In this document: positions 9,575 through 19,108 of the stretch, piece after piece
Numbering within the stretch: position 1 is the stretch's first letter
Layout of the letters: each line of letters starts with the position of its first letter
Virus record (IMG/VR): IMGVR_UViG_3300035182_001074
Location: 1-57,216 of that record
Direction: 5' to 3' (one strand)
Source: a virus
Taxonomy: Duplodnaviria; Caudoviricetes
Length of the DNA: 57,216 nucleotides
Notes under the pieces: generated by a model
The model's input: the letters and a program-made list of their open reading frames with translations, nothing else
What the model was told of the DNA's origin: nothing
Databases searched by the model: none
Program-made: the position numbers and the translations under genes

Positions 9575-11263
9575 ATGTCCATTCCTGCTTCCACCCTTGT
9601 CTCGGTAACTCCGAGCGTCCTGAGCGCAGGCGGGAATCCGCTGGCTCTCAATGGCCTTCTGCTTAGCCAGGCTTCCAGGCTTCCGTTCGGAACTCCTCTG
9701 AGCTTCCCCACTGCTGCCTCTGTGGCAGACTACTTCGGCCCGCAGAGCCAAGAAGCTGCCATGGCCGAAACCTACTTCCTCGGTTTTGATGGCAGCAATA
9801 CCAAGCCTGGAGCTCTTCTGTTCTCGCGCTATGCTGCCACCGCCATCCCTGCCTTCCTGCGCAGTGGTATTCCCACGCTGTCGCTGGCACAGGTCAACGC
9901 CATCGCTCCTGCGTCCGTCACTGCTTCCATCGCCCTTACCGTCATGACGGTCACTGCAGTCAGCTCTGGGGTGCTTGCTCCTGGCATGCTATTGACTGGC
10001 TCTGGCGTCACTGCCAATACCAGGATCGTCAACCAGCTAACTGGCACACCTGGCGGAACTGGAACCTATACGGTGGACACGAGCCAGACCACTGCCAGCA
10101 CAACCATTACTGGAGCTTATGATCTGGTGGTCGTGGTTGATGGCGTTACCAAAACTGCTTCGTCGCTTAATCTGTCTTCTGCACTGAGTCTGTCTGCTGC
10201 TGCTTCACTCATCACCACTGCGCTCGGTGCTGGCCAGACCACGACTTTCGACTCCACACTCCATGAATTCGTCATCACGAGCTCAACCACTGGCGCGTCG
10301 TCCACTCTAGCCTACGCTACTGGTCTCGGCGCGACCACGCTTGGCTTCACTGCTGCTACTGGTGCGGTGCTCAGCCAGGGCAGTGCGATCCAGACTCCGG
10401 CTTCTGCCATGGCTGCTGTCATCGCATCTACGCAGAACTGGGTGTCCTTCTCTAGCACCTTTGAACCCAGCCTCGCAGACAAGGAAGCCTTCTCCTCCTG
10501 GACGAACAGCACAAATGGCCGCTATCTCTATGTCCCCTACGACACAGACGCGACTGCTGCATCCAGCCAGCCAGCGACCTTCACTGGTTTGGGGAGCTGG
10601 CTGAAGGCGAACACCATCAGTGGCGTTGCTCCTGTGTGGAACAACTACCTCCACGCAGCTTTTGTGCTTGGCGCCATCGCGAGCATCGACTTCACCCAGC
10701 ACAATGGACGGATCACCCTGGCCTTTAAGGTGCAGAGTGGCCTCGTTGCCACTGTCACCGACCCTGCGTCTGCTGCCAACCTGATCGCGAATGGATACAA
10801 CTTCGTCGGCGCTTATGCGACTGCGAACCAGCTCTTCACCCAGTTCCAGCCCGGGCAGGTGAGCGGACCCTACGCTTGGATTGATAGCTACATCAATGCC
10901 ATCTGGCTCAACAACCAGTTCCAGCTTGCGCTGATGACGCTGCTCCAGAACATCAAGTCTGACCCATACAATCCGCAAGGCTACGGCCTCATCCGCAGCG
11001 CTCTGCAGGATCCTATCAATCAGGCTGTCAACTTTGGTGCCATTCGCTCCAATGTTCCGCTCTCTGCTGCTCAGGCTGCAGAGGTCAATGCTGCAGCTGG
11101 CATGGCCATTGATGGGATCCTTTCTAGTCGTGGGTGGTATCTTCAGATCCTCCCAGCTTCTGCTCAGGTTCGCGCAGCTCGTCAGTCTCCGCCTTGCACC
11201 TTCTGGTTCATGGATGGACAGAGCATCCAGCAGGTTAATCTCGCCTCCATTGACGTTCAGTAA
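9575..11263 (+). CDS. Tail sheath protein (DUF3383)
   Basis: MSIPAS, YFLGFD, QNWVSF, WIDSY.N.IWL and RAARQSP motifs; contains an inserted beta-rich repeat. Confidence 0.92.
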   Translation: MSIPASTLVSVTPSVLSAGGNPLALNGLLLSQASRLPFGTPLSFPTAASVADYFGPQSQEAAMAETYFLGFDGSNTKPGALLFSRYAATAIPAFLRSGIPTLSLAQVNAIAPASVTASIALTVMTVTAVSSGVLAPGMLLTGSGVTANTRIVNQLTGTPGGTGTYTVDTSQTTASTTITGAYDLVVVVDGVTKTASSLNLSSALSLSAAASLITTALGAGQTTTFDSTLHEFVITSSTTGASSTLAYATGLGATTLGFTAATGAVLSQGSAIQTPASAMAAVIASTQNWVSFSSTFEPSLADKEAFSSWTNSTNGRYLYVPYDTDATAASSQPATFTGLGSWLKANTISGVAPVWNNYLHAAFVLGAIASIDFTQHNGRITLAFKVQSGLVATVTDPASAANLIANGYNFVGAYATANQLFTQFQPGQVSGPYAWIDSYINAIWLNNQFQLALMTLLQNIKSDPYNPQGYGLIRSALQDPINQAVNFGAIRSNVPLSAAQAAEVNAAAGMAIDGILSSRGWYLQILPASAQVRAARQSPPCTFWFMDGQSIQQVNLASIDVQ

Positions 11264-11275
11264 AAGGAGCCCATC

Positions 11276-11710
11276 ATGGCCAAGACTATCACTGCCGCAA
11301 ACAGCGTCTTCACGCTGGTTGTCCCCGGTCTTTTCGACTCCCCCGTCCAGCTGGAAGGGTATGGCGCTGATGAAGCTGTCAGCACTGACTCCATCGCTAG
11401 TGCTGAGGCTATCATTGGTGTGGATGGACACAAGAGCGCAGGGTTCGTGTTCGCTCTCGTGAAGCAGAAGATCACCATCGAGCCGACAAGCCCTTCTCTC
11501 GATTTCTTCTACGAGTGGATCCGGGCAATGCAGAGTCAGCGGGAGGACCTCCCTTGCGATGGTGTGATCGATCTTCCTGCCATTGGCCAGACTTACAACT
11601 GCGTCAATGGCTCGCTCACACTGTATCCGCCACTTCCTGGCATCAAGAAGGTTCTTCAGCCTTTGCAGTTTGAAATCACATGGGAACGCGTGGAAGCAGC
11701 TGGGGTGTAG
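11276..11710 (+). CDS. Tail tube protein
   Basis: TITAAN, GVDGHKSAG and KKVLQP..F.ITW; follows the sheath. Confidence 0.85.
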   Translation: MAKTITAANSVFTLVVPGLFDSPVQLEGYGADEAVSTDSIASAEAIIGVDGHKSAGFVFALVKQKITIEPTSPSLDFFYEWIRAMQSQREDLPCDGVIDLPAIGQTYNCVNGSLTLYPPLPGIKKVLQPLQFEITWERVEAAGV

Positions 11711-11711
11711 C

Positions 11712-12179
11712 ATGCGCAAGACTGAAGTATTCATCGGTGACAGCGGACGAGATACTGGCAAGGTATTTCTGCTGAAGGAGATGTCTGCTGATCGAGCAGA
11801 GAAGTGGGCAGCTCGTGCTCTCAATGCTCTTGCTGCTTCTGGCGTTCAGGTTCCAGACGGAGCTGGGCTGTCTCACATTGCAGCCATTGGCTTTGATTCC
11901 TTCAGAGGTCTTCCGTGGGAACAGGTGGAGCCTCTACTGGATGAGATGTTCTCCTGCGTTCAGAGAATCCCAGATCCAGAGAAGAAATCAGCACAGTTCC
12001 CTCTGGGGTATTCACGACCGCTCATGGAAGATGACATTGAGGAGGTGCTCACTCGTTTGAAGATACGAGGCAAGATCCTGGAGCTGCACCTCGGTTTTTC
12101 TATCGCCGACGCCCTCTCAACCTTGAGAGGCCCCAACGTCGGCAAGCCCCAAACGAATACCGGAACGTCCCTGGAATAA
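11712..12179 (+). CDS. Tail assembly chaperone (gpG-like)
   Basis: GRD.GK.F...EM.A..AEKWA and DIEEV.T motifs; lies between tube and tape measure. Confidence 0.8.
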   Translation: MRKTEVFIGDSGRDTGKVFLLKEMSADRAEKWAARALNALAASGVQVPDGAGLSHIAAIGFDSFRGLPWEQVEPLLDEMFSCVQRIPDPEKKSAQFPLGYSRPLMEDDIEEVLTRLKIRGKILELHLGFSIADALSTLRGPNVGKPQTNTGTSLE

Positions 12180-12316
12180 TTGGCATCATTGTCTCGCGCA
12201 AGCTTGCAACGCTCTATGAACTCCAAACGATCTACGGTGCTGAGGATGCCTACGACATGCTCGAAATCATCCTGGTAGATAATGCGAATGTCGCATCAAT
12301 GCACGAGGAGGCTTAG
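12098..12316 (+). CDS. Tail chaperone -1 frameshift extension (gpGT-like); not in the ORF track
   Basis: Open -1 frame after GGTTTTT (12093-12099) reading FYRRR...LATLYELQTIYGAEDAYDMLEII...EEA-TAG, with no start codon of its own at the 5' end. Confidence 0.75.
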   Translation, partial: FYRRRPLNLERPQRRQAPNEYRNVPGIIGIIVSRKLATLYELQTIYGAEDAYDMLEIILVDNANVASMHEEA

Positions 12317-12318
12317 CG

Positions 12319-13950
12319 ATGGCAACCATCATTGACGCATTCCTCGTCACCCTTGGGCTCGACACTTCCAATTTCAAGAAGGGAGTGTCAGAGTCCGAGG
12401 AAGGGCAGAAGGCAGTTCGTGATAGTGCAACGAAGACTGCCGAGCACATGAAGGAGCAGGGACGCAATGCTGGCGAGTTCTTCACAGAGCTGATCACCAA
12501 GGCAGGCGAGTTCCTCGGCATCATGATGACTGCTGAGGGATTGAAGATGTTTGCAGAGAAGGAGCTCGAAGCAGAAGACGCAGGCGTGAAGCTAGCGCGC
12601 ATGATGGACCTGAATGTGGAAACGCTCCAAGGATGGCAGCGAGCAGTGAAACTTGAGGGCGGCACTGCGGAGGACTTCAATGCCAGCTTGCGGCACGTGA
12701 CAAGCAGCTTGGCATTGATCGCCATCCATGGTCCACGAGCGAAGATGGCTCTGCGTATTTTCGCTGGCCTTGGAATCAAAGAAGAGGCGCTCAAAGGCAA
12801 GAATGCCATCCAAGTCTTCGAGATGCTCTCAGAGAAGATGAAGGGCATGAGCGGAGGAACAGCGCTCGGCCTTGGCATGCGCCTCGGCCTGAGCGAAGGA
12901 ACCATCCGGCTGCTCATGAAGGGCAAGGAAGGTGTCCAGGAACTGGTTGAGGAGGAAAAGAACCTCGGAACATATACAACAGATGATGCGGAAAAGGCTG
13001 AGCGGTTCAATGAAAGCATGGAGAACGTCAAGACACAGTTCTCGATGGTTGGCCAGAAGATACTTGTCCTGCTCATGCCTGCTCTACAGAAGATGGCCAA
13101 TGCGCTCCTAGCAATTGGCGCATGGGCTAAGGAGCATCCGCAGATCATCCAGGCTGGCATCGCCGGGATCACTGCTGCTGTCATTACCCTTTCGGCGGCG
13201 ATGGTTCCGCTGGTCATTGAGCTCCTGCCAGTCGAGCTTATCACTTTGGCTATCGCTGCTGCGGTCGGGCTGGTGACTGCAGCAGTGGTGTATCTCGCAG
13301 CTGAATGGAATAAGTGGATTCACGGTGGCATGTCGCCACTCGCTAAGTTCTTCCAGTTCTTCTTTGATGTCTGGTCGAAAATACGCGATCACGTTATGAC
13401 TGTGATCAATGCTCTCAAAGGGATTTTCATGGCCTACATCCAAACGCTCAAGGATGAGTTCATGTTCTTCTACTATCTGTTCACTGGGCAGTGGGGCAAG
13501 GCTGGCGACAAGCTCAAGGACATTTTACATGACTTTTCCAATTTGTTCGTCTATGTCTTCAAGTATCTTGAATACAACTTCTGGGTATTCATCTATACCA
13601 TGGTAGACGCATGGTCAAGTGCTTGGAAGACAATGGCAGAAAAAGCAGTGGCGACAGTCAACCAAATCAGCAAATTCTTGACCAGCCACCCAATCCTCGC
13701 GAATATCATTTCGCCAGTAGGCTATCAGGTTGCGAAGGCGTATGAACTGCGAGCACAAGGAGCTAGCGCAGGAGAGTCAATTCTGGGCAGCAATGGCGCC
13801 ACATCATCTGCCGTATCCCATCACAAGACTATCAGCGTTGGCACAGTGGAGATCCATACTGCTGCGACAGACGCTCATGGCATTGCTGCAACTATCGGCC
13901 CTGCTATCTACTCACAGTCACTTGTTGCCCAGGCTGATGGGGGATTCTGA
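12319..13950 (+). CDS. Tape measure protein
   Basis: MATIIDAFLVTLGLD start; helical with aromatic-periodic repeats and a hydrophobic segment; expected position. Confidence 0.88.
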   Translation: MATIIDAFLVTLGLDTSNFKKGVSESEEGQKAVRDSATKTAEHMKEQGRNAGEFFTELITKAGEFLGIMMTAEGLKMFAEKELEAEDAGVKLARMMDLNVETLQGWQRAVKLEGGTAEDFNASLRHVTSSLALIAIHGPRAKMALRIFAGLGIKEEALKGKNAIQVFEMLSEKMKGMSGGTALGLGMRLGLSEGTIRLLMKGKEGVQELVEEEKNLGTYTTDDAEKAERFNESMENVKTQFSMVGQKILVLLMPALQKMANALLAIGAWAKEHPQIIQAGIAGITAAVITLSAAMVPLVIELLPVELITLAIAAAVGLVTAAVVYLAAEWNKWIHGGMSPLAKFFQFFFDVWSKIRDHVMTVINALKGIFMAYIQTLKDEFMFFYYLFTGQWGKAGDKLKDILHDFSNLFVYVFKYLEYNFWVFIYTMVDAWSSAWKTMAEKAVATVNQISKFLTSHPILANIISPVGYQVAKAYELRAQGASAGESILGSNGATSSAVSHHKTISVGTVEIHTAATDAHGIAATIGPAIYSQSLVAQADGGF

Positions 13951-14528
13951 TGGCTGTGCAGCCTGGGCTCTCACAAAACATTTGGGGCGTCTTCGATGTC
14001 AATGGCAACCTAGTCGTCGATGTTGACACTATCGCCAGCGTTGATTATTCAAATGAGTCTAGGGTGAGCAGCTTTCCTGTGGAGGAAGGTGCCTTTGCAA
14101 GCTACAACAAGGTGACCACTCCTTACAGCGTTCACCTTGAGATGGTAGTCGGAGGTGATCGTCTCAGGTTATCAAACTTTCTAGACAAGCTCGAACAGCT
14201 TCTTAATGACACGCAAAACCTATACAGCGTGGTCACTCCAGAAAGAACATACCTTAACTCGACCGTGAAGAGGTTCAGCTACAAGCGCAAGGCTAGCCAC
14301 GGCCAGGACATGATCGCTGCTCTGGTTGAGCTTTATGAAGTCCGCGTGGTGTCGCCTCAATACTCATCAGTGGCTATTGCTCTGCCTCCAACCAAGGTGA
14401 AGGTCGTGGATGTGGCCATGATGAGCTGCCATGGCAAGCAGCAGCTTCAGCCTCCGCCAACACCAGACATTCTCCACATGAGCAGTGCTGAGATTAAAGC
14501 TCTGGCTCGTAAGAATGCGAGGTGGTGA
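13950..14528 (+). CDS. Baseplate/tube initiator (Dit-like) protein
   Basis: FPVEEGAFASYNKV.TP and YSVVTPE motifs; follows the tape measure. Confidence 0.75.
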   Translation: MAVQPGLSQNIWGVFDVNGNLVVDVDTIASVDYSNESRVSSFPVEEGAFASYNKVTTPYSVHLEMVVGGDRLRLSNFLDKLEQLLNDTQNLYSVVTPERTYLNSTVKRFSYKRKASHGQDMIAALVELYEVRVVSPQYSSVAIALPPTKVKVVDVAMMSCHGKQQLQPPPTPDILHMSSAEIKALARKNARW

Positions 14529-14698
14529 TGATTTGTTGCGACCTCATCCTTAATGGATCCCAAGTGTGGGCAGGCGTTCCACCTCTTGTGGGCGTCCCCA
14601 ACAGCTCACAGTTTAACATTGTCCTTGGGCAGCAGAGCTGTGTCTTAGTGCTCTACAATCGTAACATGAGCAAGGTGGTGCAGCATGCTTTATTGTGA
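14528..14698 (+). CDS. 56-aa ORF, partial duplicate of the baseplate plug-like domain; not in the ORF track
   Basis: MICCDLILNGSQVWAGVPPLVGVP...FNIVLGQQSCVLVLY resembles two segments of the next protein's N-terminus; its start overlaps the upstream stop (TGATG). Confidence 0.55.
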   Translation: MICCDLILNGSQVWAGVPPLVGVPNSSQFNIVLGQQSCVLVLYNRNMSKVVQHALL

Positions 14699-16802
14699 TT
14701 TGGCCATCGACGAAACGAACATTTGGGTTGGTGTCCCATGTCTTACTGGCGTCCCAATAAACTCGCGACCTTACCTTGGGTTCGTCGGTAGCCTACTCTT
14801 CATTGATATGGAGGGGCCTGCTGATCCGACCTATGATGGTCTGGGTATTCGCTACTTTCTCCTGTATGTGCCGGATGATGGAAGTGAAACTCAGGCCATA
14901 CCACTCCAAGCACTCCCGGCTCAGACTCTACGCATAAATCTAGGGGCTCAAAACTGCACACTGTCATTCTATGATCGTGACGCAACGTCTGCGTCTTCTG
15001 ATCGAGCTTTCTCTCAGCAGGATGGTGCCCAAAGCAGAGCTTTCCAGTCGTCATCTATTGTCGTCGGGCCACGTGGTCCTGCTGGGCCTCCAGGAGTTCC
15101 AGGAGCTCCTGGTCCTCTAAAGGGACGGATCACAGTCCCAGTATCTACACCTTCGCTTGCATTCTACGAGACTGCAAACATTGATGTGTCCTTGGCAACC
15201 TCGTGTGATTTTATTAAGACAACTGCAGATCATGAATGCTGGATCAGAGTATATGGGAGTGATGCTGCTAGGACAGAGGATGCAGCTCGAACCCCATTGC
15301 AGCCAGTACCACTAGGCAAAGGCATTTTCGGCCAAACGTGGCCATTCCCTCCTGATGACCTTACTACTGACTGGAGTCCTGTTCCGTTCTTCAACAACTT
15401 GGATGAAACGCTCGGAACCACTGCTTATCTGGCAGTGACGAATATGGAGGTTGGCTACACTGGGACGATTAATCTGCAGTTTGAGGTCCTACCACAAGAG
15501 CAGAGTGCTGTCGGCGGACCACAAGGCCCTCAGGGACCAGCTGGGCGAACTATCCTCGTAGGCAGTATTCCACCGCAGCAGTCTAGCGGTCAGGATGGTG
15601 ACTGCTACATTGACAAAACTGCCATGCTCTTCTATGGACCGAAGAGTGGTGGAGCCTGGCCTGCTGGCGTGTCGCTGGTGGGACCTCAAGGTGCCACAGG
15701 CCCAATAGGTCCTACAGGTCCAATAGGACCTGTAGGCCCAATAGGTCCTACAGGTCCTCCTTATACAGACATACCTCTGGCTGACATGACCTTTGATTCT
15801 GCCAATGACTGGGTGTTGGGCGCAGGTTGGTCGTTGACTGGCGGGTCTCTTGTTTATTCTGGTAACTCAATCACTGTCGCATCGCTGCCTTTGTCTGTTC
15901 TGCCCGTTGCAGCGGGTCAGAGTTTCCAAATTGAAATCAGATTGTCGAGTCTTAGCGGAGATACTATTTATGTCGGCATTGGCAATGCCTACTGTCAGCT
16001 GACCACATATAGTTCAACTTTTTCAATCACTGCTATCGCTGCAAAGGCTCTTGAGATCCAGGGTGGTCCTGGGTCAACGGTTAGTGTTGACTATATCCGA
16101 GTAGTTGCCGGAGGGAGGGATGGGAAATCCGTCCGCTACGGCACAAATGATCCTGTGGCGACAGATGGAACGGATGGCGACTTCTGGATCAACACGACAA
16201 CACACTTCATCTTCGGGCCGAAGGCATCAGGCGCGTGGCCTGCGGGGACTTCGCTGGTAGGGCCTGCGGGGAGTGGGGGTGGTGGGCTTGTTCTGCTTGA
16301 GCAGCACACAGCGTCGAACTCTGCGACACTTGACTTCAAATCATTCATCAGCAGCACCTATGACGAGTACGCCATAGAGGTCCTATCTCTCAGACCTGGC
16401 ACCAACAATGTGAATCTGTTTATACAGATGTCCACAGACCACGGAGCGACGTGGGATACTGCATCAAATTATTCAAATAAACTCTTCGTCTATGGCGGAG
16501 GCACGACCGGCTACGGCAGCACCCTGTCCGGCATCGTTCTCAACTATCCTCCTTCAGCCATCCGCGACACTGCGCCTGTTGGCGTGAAGGCTTCATTGCA
16601 CCTATTCCTGGCCCAACAAACTACGGATGTAGTGACGATCATTGGTAATGGAATATCAAGTGCCCAGGATAATAATCAACTATTGTTTAACTTGGCCTCC
16701 TACTACAACACCGCCGGAGCATCAGTCAATGCCATTCGGTTTCTATTTTCCACAGGCAACATCGCCTCTGGCACCATCCGCATCTATGGAATAGCTAAAT
16801 AG
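14685..16802 (+). CDS. Baseplate plug-like domain fused to collagen-like tail fibre/spike
   Basis: LYCDL..YLGFVG.L.FID..G..DP.Y.GLG.RY N-terminus; Gly-X-Y runs; two G.DGD.(Y/W)I..T....(Y/F)GPK..GAWPAG.SLVGP repeats. Confidence 0.75.
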   Translation: MLYCDLAIDETNIWVGVPCLTGVPINSRPYLGFVGSLLFIDMEGPADPTYDGLGIRYFLLYVPDDGSETQAIPLQALPAQTLRINLGAQNCTLSFYDRDATSASSDRAFSQQDGAQSRAFQSSSIVVGPRGPAGPPGVPGAPGPLKGRITVPVSTPSLAFYETANIDVSLATSCDFIKTTADHECWIRVYGSDAARTEDAARTPLQPVPLGKGIFGQTWPFPPDDLTTDWSPVPFFNNLDETLGTTAYLAVTNMEVGYTGTINLQFEVLPQEQSAVGGPQGPQGPAGRTILVGSIPPQQSSGQDGDCYIDKTAMLFYGPKSGGAWPAGVSLVGPQGATGPIGPTGPIGPVGPIGPTGPPYTDIPLADMTFDSANDWVLGAGWSLTGGSLVYSGNSITVASLPLSVLPVAAGQSFQIEIRLSSLSGDTIYVGIGNAYCQLTTYSSTFSITAIAAKALEIQGGPGSTVSVDYIRVVAGGRDGKSVRYGTNDPVATDGTDGDFWINTTTHFIFGPKASGAWPAGTSLVGPAGSGGGGLVLLEQHTASNSATLDFKSFISSTYDEYAIEVLSLRPGTNNVNLFIQMSTDHGATWDTASNYSNKLFVYGGGTTGYGSTLSGIVLNYPPSAIRDTAPVGVKASLHLFLAQQTTDVVTIIGNGISSAQDNNQLLFNLASYYNTAGASVNAIRFLFSTGNIASGTIRIYGIAK
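15689..15761 (+). repeat. Collagen-coding 9/18-bp tandem repeat
   Basis: (GGNCCAATAGGNCCTACA)-type units encoding GPIGPTGPIGPVGPIGPTGPP. Confidence 0.8.
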
Positions 16803-16816
16803 CAGACGGAGCTCCC

Positions 16817-18769
16817 ATGTCCACTCTTCGCGCCTACAACTTCACCCCTCTCGCCCTGGGGCTCTCACCTGCTGACATGCAAAATACAGTGGACGGCCTG
16901 CTCACTGCGGCAGGTTGGCAACGGATCCATAAGACCATCGTTCCGGTGGGATATGTGAACAACACCCTAGCGAATGCTCCGGCCTCGCAAATCTTTGATG
17001 GCTACGACATTGACACATCAGGCACTGCGCCCACTCTCGCCTATAACGGCTATGTGGGGGTGCAACTCTCGAGTGCAGCAGCCATTACTCATTGCACCAT
17101 TTTCCGAGCTGGCAACTCCCAGGCCAAACTCACAGGCTTTGTCATCGAGAGCAGCAATGATGGTGCAGCCTGGACGGTCTGTGGCACCTACACCCCGTCG
17201 TGGTGGACGTGGAACGCCACCGAGGGCCGAGATTTTGCCGTTGTGGGAGCTGCTGCGGCCACTTACTGGAGGGTCCGAGCTACCTCTACCATCGGGCCTA
17301 CGGGGGTTGGAAACCAGAATTGGGACGTGGGAGAGATCCGGTTCTCCACTGCGACTGGCGACTTTGTGTGTGGCCAGCAGCGGAGCTACTTCATTCCTCC
17401 CAGCACCGAGCTGGTTGGCAACAGCGCAGGCCGGGGAGTGCTGGCGATTGTTTACACAGGCACCTCTATCCAGTTCATCCCTGAGCTGGAAACCCTGGCT
17501 ACGCTCCCACCCATCATCTTCCTCGCCAACGTCTCAGCTGGCGCAGGAGCGGTGACGTGCTCGGTGACTGTGGATGGCGCCACCATCAGCATCACAGGCG
17601 CAGCGGGGAACTCTAGCCAAACCAATCTCCGGCTGCTGTTCGAAGCCATCCGGGCCAGTGCCAACGCCACCTTTACAGCCTACACCTGGACTTGGCAACG
17701 ACCTGCTGCCCAAAACGCAGACGACACGCAATACCTCATTTTCGGCGTGAAGACTGTGGCTGATACGTGGCCAGGTGTGAGCGGCACCAACATAACCGCC
17801 TTCGTATCTGGTGGCGCACCACCCATGATTCGGATTGGGACAGCCTATCAGCCCTACCCTGTGACCATCACGCCAGACCTTATCAACGGGTGTGTGCTGT
17901 TCTACCAGATTTCCAACCGAGCTGTATCTTTTGCCATTCGCACCAACACAGCCTACACAGGTCCCATTCATGCTGCCTGGGCTGATCACGCGAAGGCGCT
18001 GGCCTGCATGCCAACCTCCTTGGATCCACGCCTAATTACGCCCATTGAGCTGGTGGTGGGCACAGATGATGTGGCTGGTAATTCTGGTGCATTTGCTTAT
18101 CCGTCGCATTGCTGGGGATTGTCCAATGCACAATCTTTTGTGCCTGGGTTCTGGGGACAATTGAGCTATGGAGGCCACCCGATGCTGGGTCTGCCCCTCC
18201 GGGGATATTTCACAGACGGGACACCACTCGGCCACTTCGCTAGCACCTGGGCGATCCAACTTAATCCCTATGGATCTGCCCTGTTTACTGGTGCGGATTC
18301 CATGGGCAACGACTTCCAGATCCATGCTGAGAAGATGATCGGGACCTACCGAAATAACACAGGTTTTTCGACAGGCGGTGCTGGCGAGGTAGTCGTCCCT
18401 GCCCTCGATATTCCCGACTGGTATAAGTTCGTCGGTTCGGCCACCAATGAGTCGCTATCGCTCGTATCCGACATCGTGCCCATCACCACACTGAATCAGG
18501 CTATGGATAACACTACCGCCTATACCTCTCTGACACTGCTGGATGCGACGACCGCTGCCGCCCAGGGCGTGGTCATCATCGAGGATGAGGCCATCCCCTA
18601 CGGTGCAAAGTCTGGCAACACGCTCACGTCCACAACTCGCACAGGGTCTGTGAACCAGTTCGGAACACCCTTGCAAGCCCATGCAGTGGGGGATCCGGTC
18701 TACCAGGGGCTGTTCTTCACGATCATCAACGGAGGTGCGCTTTACGCAGGCACCACCAAACCAGTCTAG
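16817..18769 (+). CDS. Putative receptor-binding/virion protein with discoidin (F5/8 type C)-like domain
   Basis: FVIESSNDGAAWT...YWRVR...EIRF motif; Thr/Gly/Ala-rich; inside the baseplate module. Confidence 0.6.
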   Translation: MSTLRAYNFTPLALGLSPADMQNTVDGLLTAAGWQRIHKTIVPVGYVNNTLANAPASQIFDGYDIDTSGTAPTLAYNGYVGVQLSSAAAITHCTIFRAGNSQAKLTGFVIESSNDGAAWTVCGTYTPSWWTWNATEGRDFAVVGAAAATYWRVRATSTIGPTGVGNQNWDVGEIRFSTATGDFVCGQQRSYFIPPSTELVGNSAGRGVLAIVYTGTSIQFIPELETLATLPPIIFLANVSAGAGAVTCSVTVDGATISITGAAGNSSQTNLRLLFEAIRASANATFTAYTWTWQRPAAQNADDTQYLIFGVKTVADTWPGVSGTNITAFVSGGAPPMIRIGTAYQPYPVTITPDLINGCVLFYQISNRAVSFAIRTNTAYTGPIHAAWADHAKALACMPTSLDPRLITPIELVVGTDDVAGNSGAFAYPSHCWGLSNAQSFVPGFWGQLSYGGHPMLGLPLRGYFTDGTPLGHFASTWAIQLNPYGSALFTGADSMGNDFQIHAEKMIGTYRNNTGFSTGGAGEVVVPALDIPDWYKFVGSATNESLSLVSDIVPITTLNQAMDNTTAYTSLTLLDATTAAAQGVVIIEDEAIPYGAKSGNTLTSTTRTGSVNQFGTPLQAHAVGDPVYQGLFFTIINGGALYAGTTKPV

Positions 18770-18778
18770 GGGTGTGCC

Positions 18779-19105
18779 ATGGCCTACACCGGTCCCACCT
18801 TCCTCAGTCGCCAGGGGCCCACAGATCTCATCAACGCTGTATCGGCTGCGCCAATCGTCATCCCTGGCAGGGTCATCGGCCTGTGGGCCTGCCTGCCTCC
18901 TGGTTGCGCCCCTGTCATACCAGGACAGACCGCTTGTCCTCGGCCTATCCTGGTAGCTATGCAGGCCCACAATCAGGTCCACACCCTCTACGGTGAGCGC
19001 ATCCCGTCTCCACCAATGGGCCAACAGGTGGTGCTGATGCTGCCTGCCGTTTATAGCCGAGGAGGCATACCACTCAAGGGCCAGCAATTCCCGATATCGA
19101 GGTAG
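18779..19105 (+). CDS. Hypothetical Pro-rich tail-module protein
   Basis: ORF fills the gap between flanking genes; no recognisable motif. Confidence 0.5.
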   Translation: MAYTGPTFLSRQGPTDLINAVSAAPIVIPGRVIGLWACLPPGCAPVIPGQTACPRPILVAMQAHNQVHTLYGERIPSPPMGQQVVLMLPAVYSRGGIPLKGQQFPISR

Positions 19106-19108
19106 TGC

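Noticed and set aside
4230-13244. Long antisense ORFs (4230-5531, 6092-7387, 10307-11824, 12267-13244)
   Set aside because: Shadows of strongly codon-biased structural genes on the + strand, with no RBS or recognisable motifs.
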